Origin: an uncultured Candidatus Peribacteria bacterium
GTDB lineage: Bacteria > Patescibacteriota > Gracilibacteria > UBA1369 > PNNO01
Direction of reading: 5' to 3'
Assembly (NCBI GenBank): GCA_964585825.1
Contig: CAZPFH010000001.1
Span: 1 to 46,813, forward strand
Length of the DNA: 46,813 nt
Shown here one piece after another: positions 26,776 through 36,436 of the stretch (within the stretch, counting starts at the first letter, position 1; the number at the start of each line of letters is the position of its first letter). Made by a program: the position numbers and the translations under genes. The notes under the pieces are model-generated. The model ran no database searches, was not told where the DNA came from, and saw only the letters and a program-made list of their open reading frames with translations.

Positions 26776-28873
26776 AAACTTCAGTTTCTTCAACATCAGG
26801 CTCAGGAGGAGCAAGGTATGAATCTTTGATAGTTTGCAATTTGGCAAGTAAGCCGGATGGTCCTTTGTGAGCTATAAAATAAATTTCTTCCAATAAGCCC
26901 CGAATAGCAGAATATTGTTCTTGATTATATTCAAGTAATTGATGTATTGATGCGTAATCTTCAAATTCTTCTTGCAAATCGCTTATCCTCGCAAATATAT
27001 CTGTTAATTCAACCACTTGCGAACCGGAAAGCATTTTATGTAAAGAATATATTTTGCGTACCAATGCATCATCTTTAATTTTTTCACCATATCGACAACA
27101 CAAATAGTAACTTTTTCGATTTAAGTAATGTGCTTTCAATTTATTCAGGTAAATCTCTATCTCCTCTAAGGCTTGTGTTATTTTTTTCCCTGCAGATCGC
27201 CGTTGCAATAATTCTACAATAATCTCTTGTGTTTGCTGATTGTTGGTTGTTAATCTATCAATGATTTTTTTTGCCACCATTTCTTTCATAAACGGTACTT
27301 TTTGCATTTTAGCTCCAAAAGTTATCTCGGCAAGTTCACGCATCTCCGGTGCATCGTGAGGAAACGCATATCGATTTACAAAAACATCACACAGATTAAG
27401 CGTATCGGCGGCAAAATTAATTCCTACACCAAGCACCTTTTGCGCCTTTAAAATTTTCTTTCTGCGATATTCGGCAACATCAGCTTCATAACTTCCTTCC
27501 GGCACATGACACAAAGCCTGACACTCATACATATATGACTTTGATTTTTCCCTCAAGCCTCCGTCGGCATGCCGATCAACAAAAACAGATCCTTTCCATT
27601 GAAGAGCCCGATGAATCCGTCCACTTTTTTCATTAATGCCGTAACCGGTATTAATCGAATTGCGTACATTTCGCTTATCAACCGTTGTACCAAAACGCAT
27701 CATAACTATTGCTAAAAACTTTGTCGCAGAGGCAATTTCAGCAACTTCAACAGGTACATTTTTATAGTGCGGATGCGAATTACGCGGATCTTCAAGCAAG
27801 TAACCTCTGAATCTATGTCTATCCGAGGTTGTATGTGCGTGCGGAGCAACATCATCATTTAATAATTTCGTGATAAATTTAAGGTATTCACTTTCGGGAT
27901 CTTTTGAATTAAAATCGATTTTATTGAGAATCAAACTGTTGGGTCCTATTTTGCCATCTTCTGTCGGATTAACCAAAACCGCATCACCACCCAAATCGAC
28001 ACAAATATCTCCTATACGTCTTCGTATTTCCTTCATCACCATATTGGTTTCTTTACGACAAATCGTGCCATCAATCATATGAATGGCATACATAAGACTT
28101 GCCTTAACAAAGGCTCCATGTTTTTTCTCCCAACTGCTAACCGTATCTCCACGTTCTTCATGCCATACTTTCTGCAATACGCTCAAATCGTTGTTTTGTT
28201 CAATATTCTCACAAAAATAAACCGTATTGTCATCTGTAAAAAGCTTCGATACTTGATTTGCTTTCTCTGCACAATATTCAAGTTGTTCTACAGCCTCTTC
28301 TTTTGTCAAATCTTCACTTTCAACGGCACTATGCCACAATTCGACCAAATCAACCGATTTAATCGCTGTTTCTCGTAAAAGTAAGTTTGTAACATACGGT
28401 TGAATAGGATTTGGCCATACATATGACATAAGCGCGTCAGCCAAGTCGGAATAATCATCTTCGGAATAACTCACCGTGCGCTGCATAGTTGTACATATGC
28501 GCTCAACAAGAGCTTTTAATTGATCACGTAACAACCGGTATGAAGGAATTTCATCACGCAAGTAAGAAAATGTTTCTTTTGCATATGTGGGGACAATATC
28601 AAAAAATTTCAATGATGTCGGCCGATCGTCTTTTTTTGTTATCAGTGATCTATTTAACAGTTCTTCTCTAAGGGATTTAGTAAATTGCTTAAAATCTCGT
28701 AAATCTTTTTCATTTTTCTTCTCCGCAGCACGAGTAGAGCAATTCACTACATCAATCGCATTTTGCATTGGTAAATCTCTGGACATATCCGGATAATCAA
28801 TCATTTTACATTCAAGAGGCTCAGAACCTGAGGCCCGGTCGATTATAGCAGATGTATCTTCTTTGTCACGCAT
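26741..28873 (-). CDS. Large soluble ORFan (about 710 aa) ending in ...DQLSLFEE*; last gene of the ORFan operon
   Basis: Long ORF with no signal peptide or TM helix. The track start 28882 is TTG; the first ATG is 28873 (MRDKEDTS...). The 3' end overlaps thrS by 35 nt, tail to tail. Confidence 0.75.
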   Translation of the reverse strand: MRDKEDTSAIIDRASGSEPLECKMIDYPDMSRDLPMQNAIDVVNCSTRAAEKKNEKDLRDFKQFTKSLREELLNRSLITKKDDRPTSLKFFDIVPTYAKETFSYLRDEIPSYRLLRDQLKALVERICTTMQRTVSYSEDDYSDLADALMSYVWPNPIQPYVTNLLLRETAIKSVDLVELWHSAVESEDLTKEEAVEQLEYCAEKANQVSKLFTDDNTVYFCENIEQNNDLSVLQKVWHEERGDTVSSWEKKHGAFVKASLMYAIHMIDGTICRKETNMVMKEIRRRIGDICVDLGGDAVLVNPTEDGKIGPNSLILNKIDFNSKDPESEYLKFITKLLNDDVAPHAHTTSDRHRFRGYLLEDPRNSHPHYKNVPVEVAEIASATKFLAIVMMRFGTTVDKRNVRNSINTGYGINEKSGRIHRALQWKGSVFVDRHADGGLREKSKSYMYECQALCHVPEGSYEADVAEYRRKKILKAQKVLGVGINFAADTLNLCDVFVNRYAFPHDAPEMRELAEITFGAKMQKVPFMKEMVAKKIIDRLTTNNQQTQEIIVELLQRRSAGKKITQALEEIEIYLNKLKAHYLNRKSYYLCCRYGEKIKDDALVRKIYSLHKMLSGSQVVELTDIFARISDLQEEFEDYASIHQLLEYNQEQYSAIRGLLEEIYFIAHKGPSGLLAKLQTIKDSYLAPPEPDVEETEVSKHDQLSLFEE

Positions 28874-28880
28874 AAACCCC

Positions 28881-28920
28881 AAAAAAAAGAAATAGGAACC
28901 TATTGTAACATTATAGGCCT
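28881..28920 (-). terminator. Hairpin plus T-run between the 1233-aa and 713-aa genes (internal terminator or attenuator candidate)
   Basis: On the minus strand, AGGCCTAT, a 9-nt loop, then ATAGG-TT-CCT (8 bp with a 2-nt bulge), followed by ATTTCTTTTTTTT. It begins 5 nt after the upstream stop. Confidence 0.4.
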
Positions 28921-28925
28921 ATTTG

Positions 28926-31900
28926 TCAAGCCGCTCGTTTACCTTTGTCTTCGTCGGGCAACGATGAACTGACCGCTTCCGGATCATACTCATACATTCG
29001 TGCTTTATTTCTAAACAAATCTTCCTTTGTTGCACCAATAGATGTTTCTATTAAGAACTTATGATTTTTAATAATATCGATCATTTTTTCTCCGGTAAAT
29101 CTATCCTTTTTATTATCGGGAACCTGATCTTCGTGGATCATTTTTTCAAATCGTGCGCCAAAAAATTCTATAGCAGATTCAGGGGCTCCTTTTTTAAACG
29201 GTGACTCTGTAATCTCGGGATCTTTTCCATGGCCATATGCATTCGCAATCTCTTGTATCAAGCCTTTCATTTCTTCCTGATACCGACGTAGAGGTCTGTT
29301 TGCATCCCATACGCAGCCGGTCTGGTAATCACTCGAGCTCAGTCGCTGCAATGCCGCCCCACGCTTTTTACGGTAGCGATTATCCAAAATTCCATCGAAA
29401 TGTATATACGACTTAAACGCCGTAATCAATTTTTGCAAGTATGCACTTGAGAACCCAACCTCACCGCTTTGTTCATAATATTTTTCCTTATCATGTTGAT
29501 CAACAAGAGCTTGCATACGCATTCCAAAACCAACATACCCATTTTTATATCCCTGAATTGTAAACTTTTTCGTATCACCACCTGTTGATGCGCATATGGA
29601 TTCAATTTCGGATTCTTTCAAATTAGGAATAATGTATGGCGAATCATCATGATCCATATTTTGCGCATTTCTAATACCTTTTTCCAAACGGTTCTGCACC
29701 GCATCTGTTGTTAATATAGTATTTGTCAAGAAAGCTTCAACATCATCTTCCGGAGCAAAAAATCCTTTTGCATGTCCATCCCCCACCCATTCGGAAACCA
29801 ATCTGTCAAAATCTGATCTAACAAACGGCCGAGGTTCGTTATCTGCATTAACCAAAAAATCTCCTGTAAAAAAGTCTCGTTTCGGGTCACTGTTACTTGC
29901 ACTGAAAAAATCCAATGCAGGGAATTGATTTGAATATTTACTAACAAAGCGCCCTACACGCTCCCATCCCAGAATAGTTTTTCCATCAGGATTTTTTGCG
30001 TTTACTCCCATCAAAAGATAATAAATTTTATCTTTACCCGATGCTTTTCCCGCTTCGATAATAAATCGCAACATACCTTCATATTCAGTCGGATCGATCC
30101 ATTCTCCATGCATATGACGAGTCAACATATTTGAAAGTTCTTTTGAAATACCACCGACATTTTTCGGATCATTCTCAAGCTCTTCACCTTTATTATAAGA
30201 TTCTTGTATAGCGCTTTCTATAGCCCCATCACTTTGGCGCTTCCATCCGACATATGAACCTTCACCCCAAATAGAATCCATTGAATCCTGCAAGAAATCC
30301 ATAACGTTTTTCCCTTCAAGAGGTTCTCCGTTAAACATTCCGCTTCCTTTTTCGAATTTCTTATATGGATCACCAGCCGGGATAGGAAGTTTATGATTAA
30401 TATCCGCAAATTTATTAAGCGTATGATACAACTCCTTGCTATCCCATCGAATCATTCCCTTTTCAGCCAACACATTCAAACATGCTTTTGCCTGATCTTG
30501 ATTATCGGTGCTATATAACGTTTCTTCAATTTGAGGCACGCCCCATTGGTCCATCGCTTCTTTAAACTGACTAACCTCTTCGGTTTCGGCCTGCTGATTA
30601 ATTCGATCAAATTCCGTTCCAAACCATGGAATGTGTTTACCTACTTCGGAATATCTCGATTTCTGCCTGCGTTGCCAGTTACGAGTATAATATTCCCACC
30701 CGCTTTGAAACATTTTAAAGACATCATCCAATCGTAACCACTGCGTATCACGAAGCCACTGTGCAATTTTACTGTAACTTTGTTTCTCCACACCAACCGA
30801 TTTATCTTCTCTGAATTTCACTTCGGGCTCAAAAATACCTTTAATTCCTTTTTCGCGGAGCTTTTGCAACGTGTCCCTCCATGTTCCGGTTTCCTGAAAA
30901 TATTCAATCGTTTTTTGCGCATCTTCCTTGGCACGTTCACGCGATTTTTTTCCCGCATTAAAATACAGTTCCATTTTTTTAGCCTCCAAATCGGGATCGA
31001 ACGGCTCAATATCGTTTTCATATACCCATCGTAAGAACTGCGGAAATGTAAATTTTCTTTTATTTTTAAGTTGAATTTCACCTTTTAATTCATCAACATA
31101 CTCCACTTCAAAAAGAGGATTTCCGGGAGCATCCGCATGCAAAATTTCTCCGGGTTCCATTTTTATAGGCATATGGCAGTCTTTTTGTCTTTTATAGTTT
31201 TTATTCATATACTCATAATGCTCATGCAGTCGATCAAGCAATGTCGAAAATCGCATTTTCGGTACCGGCCTAAAACGGTTCATCCATTTTGCAAATTCAC
31301 CAAGAGTAAAATCATCCTTATATTCATGATCAGACAGATCCGGACTATCATAAAACGAGCGATATAAAACTTTCTTATCAAGTTTCACGCCATAGTCATC
31401 AATTGAAACAACTTTAACCTTTTGCACATCTGCATATGGTTTATTTGTTTTCGGATCAATAGTCATCACATCATACTCAAGCGTATCCCCCGCCTTAACG
31501 GTTATATTCATTTCGTTCAAATGAGAGATATTGTTCGACAATTCCTTTTGTTTTTTAACAACCGGCTTTATATCATGCAAATTCACAAAATCACGTAATC
31601 TGTTGGTAGACATGCGATGCACACGTCCGGTCCCTTTTTCCTCAAGAGCAACCCATACGCCACTCATTAAGATTTTTTCTTCATCTTTTTTATTTTCCGG
31701 ATCAGGATTGCGTTTTTGATCAACAAAGACTTCTTTAATTATCCATCTCCGAGGATATTCTTCGATAAACGGGCTATCTTCTTCAAATCCTTTTTTCATT
31801 CGCAATCCTAAGCCTTTTAGCTCCTGTCCTTCTCGAAGCGGGATACCCGCTCGTCGACCTGCGGAACGAATCATTCTCTCTTGAATTGCCTTCCGTTGAA

Positions 31901-32627
31901 ACGTTTTATGCATATCCCACATAACTTCACGCACACCATCAATTACTTTCAACATTGCAAATTCGTTTATTGCTATTTGATGTGCATGTTCGGCGAGATT
32001 ATGCGCACATTCTTTAATTTTATGAATATCGGGCGCTTTATCGCTTTTTCTTTTCCAAATATTAATAATGCTTTGCCGGATAGCGCTTTCTGTATCGGAC
32101 GGCATCATTGATGAATTAAACTCGTCATTATTACGCAATTGATTTTTCCCGAATTCGGGAACCGTTCTGTAAACGGTTTGCCATAATTCTTCTTTCGACT
32201 GATTATCAATCTTGCCCATTTTTCCAATCAAGTCATCAATTGAATCGTTAACCTTCTCTTCCAATTCTTCCAATACGGGATAATAATCATTGACTACTTC
32301 ACGAGCCTTTTGCAATTTTTCCGGATCTATATCGGCCGGAAATTCATATTCCCATGTATCAAGTACTGTATGTGCCTTTTCAGCGGTTCGAACCGTAATT
32401 CTATCGATCTCATTTTCTTCTGCCGTTGAAGCATCGTTTTTCTCCTTTTCTTTCTGTTGCTCAGCACGCTCGTTTTGCTCAGCTTGCGTTGAGGAATCAA
32501 TGTCGGCTTTGTTATCATCCTTTTCAGCTGCAAAAAAGACTATACGTCGCTCCTCCCACCATGGAGAAGCAGTAGTATAACAATGGCTTAACAAATCCGG
32601 TTTTTGCTCACTGTATAATCGTTTCAT
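28926..32627 (-). CDS. Very large soluble ORFan (1233 aa)
   Basis: ATG start, no signal peptide or TM helix. Acidic low-complexity stretch near the N-terminus (EQNERAEQQKEKEKNDAS). No catalytic or P-loop motif found by eye. Confidence 0.8.
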   Translation of the reverse strand: MKRLYSEQKPDLLSHCYTTASPWWEERRIVFFAAEKDDNKADIDSSTQAEQNERAEQQKEKEKNDASTAEENEIDRITVRTAEKAHTVLDTWEYEFPADIDPEKLQKAREVVNDYYPVLEELEEKVNDSIDDLIGKMGKIDNQSKEELWQTVYRTVPEFGKNQLRNNDEFNSSMMPSDTESAIRQSIINIWKRKSDKAPDIHKIKECAHNLAEHAHQIAINEFAMLKVIDGVREVMWDMHKTFQRKAIQERMIRSAGRRAGIPLREGQELKGLGLRMKKGFEEDSPFIEEYPRRWIIKEVFVDQKRNPDPENKKDEEKILMSGVWVALEEKGTGRVHRMSTNRLRDFVNLHDIKPVVKKQKELSNNISHLNEMNITVKAGDTLEYDVMTIDPKTNKPYADVQKVKVVSIDDYGVKLDKKVLYRSFYDSPDLSDHEYKDDFTLGEFAKWMNRFRPVPKMRFSTLLDRLHEHYEYMNKNYKRQKDCHMPIKMEPGEILHADAPGNPLFEVEYVDELKGEIQLKNKRKFTFPQFLRWVYENDIEPFDPDLEAKKMELYFNAGKKSRERAKEDAQKTIEYFQETGTWRDTLQKLREKGIKGIFEPEVKFREDKSVGVEKQSYSKIAQWLRDTQWLRLDDVFKMFQSGWEYYTRNWQRRQKSRYSEVGKHIPWFGTEFDRINQQAETEEVSQFKEAMDQWGVPQIEETLYSTDNQDQAKACLNVLAEKGMIRWDSKELYHTLNKFADINHKLPIPAGDPYKKFEKGSGMFNGEPLEGKNVMDFLQDSMDSIWGEGSYVGWKRQSDGAIESAIQESYNKGEELENDPKNVGGISKELSNMLTRHMHGEWIDPTEYEGMLRFIIEAGKASGKDKIYYLLMGVNAKNPDGKTILGWERVGRFVSKYSNQFPALDFFSASNSDPKRDFFTGDFLVNADNEPRPFVRSDFDRLVSEWVGDGHAKGFFAPEDDVEAFLTNTILTTDAVQNRLEKGIRNAQNMDHDDSPYIIPNLKESEIESICASTGGDTKKFTIQGYKNGYVGFGMRMQALVDQHDKEKYYEQSGEVGFSSAYLQKLITAFKSYIHFDGILDNRYRKKRGAALQRLSSSDYQTGCVWDANRPLRRYQEEMKGLIQEIANAYGHGKDPEITESPFKKGAPESAIEFFGARFEKMIHEDQVPDNKKDRFTGEKMIDIIKNHKFLIETSIGATKEDLFRNKARMYEYDPEAVSSSLPDEDKGKRAA

Positions 32628-32663
32628 GATTTATCTTTGACAGATTATGTTTTTGTTATTTTA

Positions 32664-34943
32664 TTAAAGCTTGACCAATTTTGCAACCTTATTTGATTTA
32701 CCCACAATATCTTCGGCTTTGTCTCCGGCAGCTTTTTTAAATACTTGCCCGAGAATTTCTTTTCGTTTGTCATCATCCGTAATTTTAGTTTTCAAAGCGG
32801 TATCTGCAGCTGCAAGTTTTTTCTCAAGATCCTGCACTTGCGTTGTATCGTTCACGTCTTTTACCGATTGTGCGGAAGTTCGTACTTGTGTGAGTTGCGG
32901 ACTGGCCGTGTTGATCTTTTGCAATCGCCCAAGTTCATCCTTGTGATCTTTTTGTATTTGAGCATCAATTTTATTTACTTCATCAGTGTTTCCTGATGCT
33001 GCTGCATTAATGCGACGTTCTTGTAAATTTTTCAGATCTTCACTTACCTCAACACCATTTTGTTTAGCGGTGGTAACCGTCGACGTCGGATTTGACGCAT
33101 TGACTTGTGTAGGTGCGCCGCCCGCTGCTGCTCCACCTGCTGCCCCGCCACCTGCTCCCGTCCCTGGCGGCGTTGGGCGGTTGCGTTGCGACGACGTTCT
33201 GCTTGGCGCAACAGCTTGCATCGCTCTGGAATTTTTTATTTTTTGTATAGTGGTAGGACTTAATTTACCTTGCGCAAATTGCTTTCGTTCTTCTTTGCTT
33301 AATTTTCCTAACACTCCCTCTGCTAAACGAGATTGTCCCGGTATTCCCTTTCTTTCTTTCCATTCTTGTAACATTTTATATGCTTCACGTTGCCCCGAAC
33401 GTGTTTGCAACCCACTCAATACAGCTCGACGCCCTTCTTCCGGCGTACTTTTTTTCGACCTTGCAACATTTCTAATTTCTCGCAAAGACATATTCGGGCT
33501 TTCCTTTTGCGCACCATATTTTTTCTCTAAATCTTCAAAAGGTTGTCTGATTCTTCCCATAGCTTGTTTATAAGACTCTCCTTTCCCTCCTGGTCCTGAT
33601 GGAATAATTGGCACTAATTTAAGCAAGTTGGTAGCTCCACGCCCCATTGCCCCAACTTTTTCTTTAATACCTGCTGTAAACCGTTCCGCAATAGTTCCTT
33701 CGGCAGCGGCAAATACGCCCACCCATACAACGGCAACCGCAGCAAAAGCAATAATCATAGATTGCAAATCTGAAATACCAGATGCTTCCACCTTCACCAT
33801 ATTAAATGCTGTTGATAACGAGATGTCGTTTTCGGTCCCTGCATTCTTGAAGGCATCAAGGATCAAGTAACCGATAGTCAATGGCACACCCATTAAAAAC
33901 GGTGCAAACGCATTTTTGAAAAACTTATTCTGCAATTCTCCGCCCGCACTTGGAATCAAATTAGGAATAACAAGCGCTAAGGCAATAAATGGGGAAAGTG
34001 CTATAAACAGCCACAGTGCAACCAAACGTGCTAACAATACAACAAACAATGCTATATATGCAGCGCCGTACACAACGTATAAAATAACGGAAAAAAGCAA
34101 GTTAAAGGCTAAACTCGACAAATCCTTGCTGGCGGCCGCGCTTACCTTATCAACATCCAACACGTTCATAAACTGAATAGCCATAACCAATCCGGCATTA
34201 CGAGAATTATATCGAGCAAAAAACTTCTTTCCGGCATCCTGCAACGTATAGCTTCCCCCCTCAAGTGAACATAAAATATTTTCTTTCTTTCCCGCCTCTT
34301 CTTTACTGAATCTTTGTTCAAATTCTTTTTCATTGCCATAATATGCCGTACAAATTTTCTTAACCATTTCCTTATCTTTTACGGTACAATTTTCCGCTTT
34401 TTGATCTTCACATTCTAAAATTTCCGGATTAACTCCGGTACTTATAGTGCTCGGAAGTGTAAATACAGCCGTAGTAGCTACATTTGTAACATCAAGAATC
34501 ACCTTCATTCCAATATATGAGAAATTAACCGCTATCAACGCTATCGCAAATTTAGGTAAAAATGTTTTAATTGCATACTCGCTATCCGGCTTAATGGCCA
34601 AAACATTGAACAGAGCAACACCCAGCAAAATAATGACAAACCCAATATTCACAATATTTCTCATTTGCACCCATACCTGCAATAAACGTTCTTCCATACC
34701 GTAACCAAACAATATATCGTTATTAAGCAATCCTCCTATAGCAAGAAACATCGGCCATAAAATTCGTTGCAATACTTTTAACACCACTGTTAAAAATTGC
34801 CCGAACTTTCCTAAGAATTCACCCAATACGCCACTCATTTGTCCGGTCACACTCTGAGCAAACGCCGTCAAAGGGAATGCCAGAAGAATAATAAGCACAA
34901 GGATCAGTATGTATTTAAGTTTTATTTTTGGTTTTCTTTTCAT
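32664..34943 (-). CDS. Polytopic membrane protein (759 aa) with a signal peptide, about 8 TM helices, a 4-Cys loop and a roughly 330-aa disordered tail; VirB6/TrbL-like topology
   Basis: Signal peptide KYILILVLIILLAFPLTAFA-Q. TM runs include IVNIGFVIILLGVALFNVLAI, FAIALIAVNFSYIGMKVIL, LLFSVILYVVYGAAYIALFVVLLARLVALWLFIALSPFIALALVI and MIIAFAAVAVVWVGVFAAA. The tail contains PTPPGTGAGGGAAGGAAAGGAP. Confidence 0.8.
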   Translation of the reverse strand: MKRKPKIKLKYILILVLIILLAFPLTAFAQSVTGQMSGVLGEFLGKFGQFLTVVLKVLQRILWPMFLAIGGLLNNDILFGYGMEERLLQVWVQMRNIVNIGFVIILLGVALFNVLAIKPDSEYAIKTFLPKFAIALIAVNFSYIGMKVILDVTNVATTAVFTLPSTISTGVNPEILECEDQKAENCTVKDKEMVKKICTAYYGNEKEFEQRFSKEEAGKKENILCSLEGGSYTLQDAGKKFFARYNSRNAGLVMAIQFMNVLDVDKVSAAASKDLSSLAFNLLFSVILYVVYGAAYIALFVVLLARLVALWLFIALSPFIALALVIPNLIPSAGGELQNKFFKNAFAPFLMGVPLTIGYLILDAFKNAGTENDISLSTAFNMVKVEASGISDLQSMIIAFAAVAVVWVGVFAAAEGTIAERFTAGIKEKVGAMGRGATNLLKLVPIIPSGPGGKGESYKQAMGRIRQPFEDLEKKYGAQKESPNMSLREIRNVARSKKSTPEEGRRAVLSGLQTRSGQREAYKMLQEWKERKGIPGQSRLAEGVLGKLSKEERKQFAQGKLSPTTIQKIKNSRAMQAVAPSRTSSQRNRPTPPGTGAGGGAAGGAAAGGAPTQVNASNPTSTVTTAKQNGVEVSEDLKNLQERRINAAASGNTDEVNKIDAQIQKDHKDELGRLQKINTASPQLTQVRTSAQSVKDVNDTTQVQDLEKKLAAADTALKTKITDDDKRKEILGQVFKKAAGDKAEDIVGKSNKVAKLVKL

Positions 34944-34967
34944 GAATACGTAATAATGAATAAATAA

Positions 34968-36422
34968 TTAGCTGAAAATCGAGAACGCACCGGCCAACCC
35001 AATCGTCCCTCCGATACCGGCGAAATACCATTTGGCAACTTTGAAAATCAGGCTTTTTTGTTTTTTTTCATGTTCTTTCTTGAGATCTCCGGGGCTTTTT
35101 CTTTTTTTACCTCTCAATTGAGCAGTCCCTTTTTGCTTTTCTTCATCTCTTTTACGCAACCTTGCTTCCAATTCCCTTTTAGATTGCATAACAGATTGTT
35201 GATATTGACGTTGCTGTTTTGTTATTTTGGTTTCCTCGGTTTCCTCTTTAGAAGAACCTTTTTCCCCAATTATAGGTATGTACGGCGGCGGCATCACACC
35301 CTCTTTCGGAGCAGAAACAGTTGCTTGCCCGGGAACAAAACCTGTGATTTTCCTATTTTCCGGCAATGAAACGGGTCTGCGATCTCCTTGTATTTTTCTT
35401 CCCGTGATCGGTATATCAAATAGCTTTGCACCGCGAGGCCCCGCTTTGCGAGAGTACACCTCTTGTGCTGATATATTTTTGCCAAATGTCGATTGCAGTT
35501 CATTTTCCTCAACAAAAAATTTCTTATCGGGATTATCTGCAAATGTCATGCGATACATTCGTTTTCCCGGCTTTTTCACATCGAATTCAATACGAAGACG
35601 TGTGTTGTTCTTATCTTGCACAAAACCGCGTGCTATGCCGTTAGCGTCTATATTCATGCGCGCTTCAACATACAATCCGTTTCGCTCGAGCTTCTTTTCA
35701 TCTCCAATAGCTTGTTTATTCCATAACACTTGTTGTACTTGCTGCATGCTTGAACTTGTTTCCTGCCTGTTTTCATCAACGGTTAAGGGATTGAACATAA
35801 ACATCCGCGTTTCCCCCGAAGTGGTTTCTTCCGTTTTATGTTCTGCAAGAAGCTGAGCAGTTTGCTCAACATTTCCCAATGCTCTGGCAATTTTTTTATC
35901 CGACAAATAATCAAATTCTCCATTTTCTTTTCGTGCAAGAGCCAATTTCCCTTCTTCCAATGCCGCTTTATTTTCAGCCGCTTCTTCTTCGGAAATATTA
36001 CCAAGCAATCGTTTATGATGTATTTCACGATTTATCAAAGCATCTTCCAAACTATTAACTGCATAAAATGCAAGTTTTTCCAAATTTTTCCGTGCATCTT
36101 TCGAAAAAGTGCCGGTTTTTTCATCAGGCAACATACGGAATGAAAGCTTTGCATCACTGCTATTTGCCACTAGTTTTTGGCGATCTACGAAGTCACTGAA
36201 TTCTCGCCAAAAAACTTTTCGCAAATCCGCATCTTTTTGCAAAATAGTTCCCGTATCCTGAAAATAATAATCTTCCAACCCTTGTCTTTCATCGGGACGA
36301 AGCACCTTGTCAAAACGAAACATTTTTTGTAATCGTGGATCATTCGGCAAATTACCCAGAATTTTATTCTGAATATACGGTAATAAGAACGAATTTACGA
36401 ATCCTGAACCGAGTTGCTGCAT
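34968..36422 (-). CDS. Tail-anchored ORFan (484 aa)
   Basis: Soluble N-terminal roughly 400 aa, a K/E/Q-rich linker, and a single C-terminal hydrophobic helix VAKWYFAGIGGTIGLAGAFSIFS*. Confidence 0.75.
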   Translation of the reverse strand: MQQLGSGFVNSFLLPYIQNKILGNLPNDPRLQKMFRFDKVLRPDERQGLEDYYFQDTGTILQKDADLRKVFWREFSDFVDRQKLVANSSDAKLSFRMLPDEKTGTFSKDARKNLEKLAFYAVNSLEDALINREIHHKRLLGNISEEEAAENKAALEEGKLALARKENGEFDYLSDKKIARALGNVEQTAQLLAEHKTEETTSGETRMFMFNPLTVDENRQETSSSMQQVQQVLWNKQAIGDEKKLERNGLYVEARMNIDANGIARGFVQDKNNTRLRIEFDVKKPGKRMYRMTFADNPDKKFFVEENELQSTFGKNISAQEVYSRKAGPRGAKLFDIPITGRKIQGDRRPVSLPENRKITGFVPGQATVSAPKEGVMPPPYIPIIGEKGSSKEETEETKITKQQRQYQQSVMQSKRELEARLRKRDEEKQKGTAQLRGKKRKSPGDLKKEHEKKQKSLIFKVAKWYFAGIGGTIGLAGAFSIFS

Positions 36423-36436
36423 TATTTAATATATTA

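Noticed and set aside
27500-27900. RelA/SpoT-like nucleotidyltransferase motif string in the 713-aa ORFan (SKDPESEYLKFITKLL ... DRHRFRGYLLED ... NTGYGINEKSGRIH)
   Set aside because: The spacing and residues only loosely resemble the R-x-K-x-x-x-S ... D-x-x-G-x-R ... GY-x-S-x-H pattern. It is too degenerate to call without an HMM search. It is worth testing but is not claimed.
28910-28929. Perfect TTGACA and TATAAT hexamers (minus strand) upstream of the 713-aa gene
   Set aside because: The hexamers are only 8 nt apart, so they cannot act as a sigma70 -35/-10 pair. The TATAAT also lies inside the terminator-like hairpin.
32986-35856. Long + strand ORFs (195 aa at 32986-33573, 209 aa at 35227-35856, and others) opposite the ORFan operon
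   Set aside because: They are antisense shadows within much longer minus-strand ORFs. Their compositions are biased (Ala/Pro, or Ser/Phe/Cys) and mirror the sense-strand low-complexity tails.
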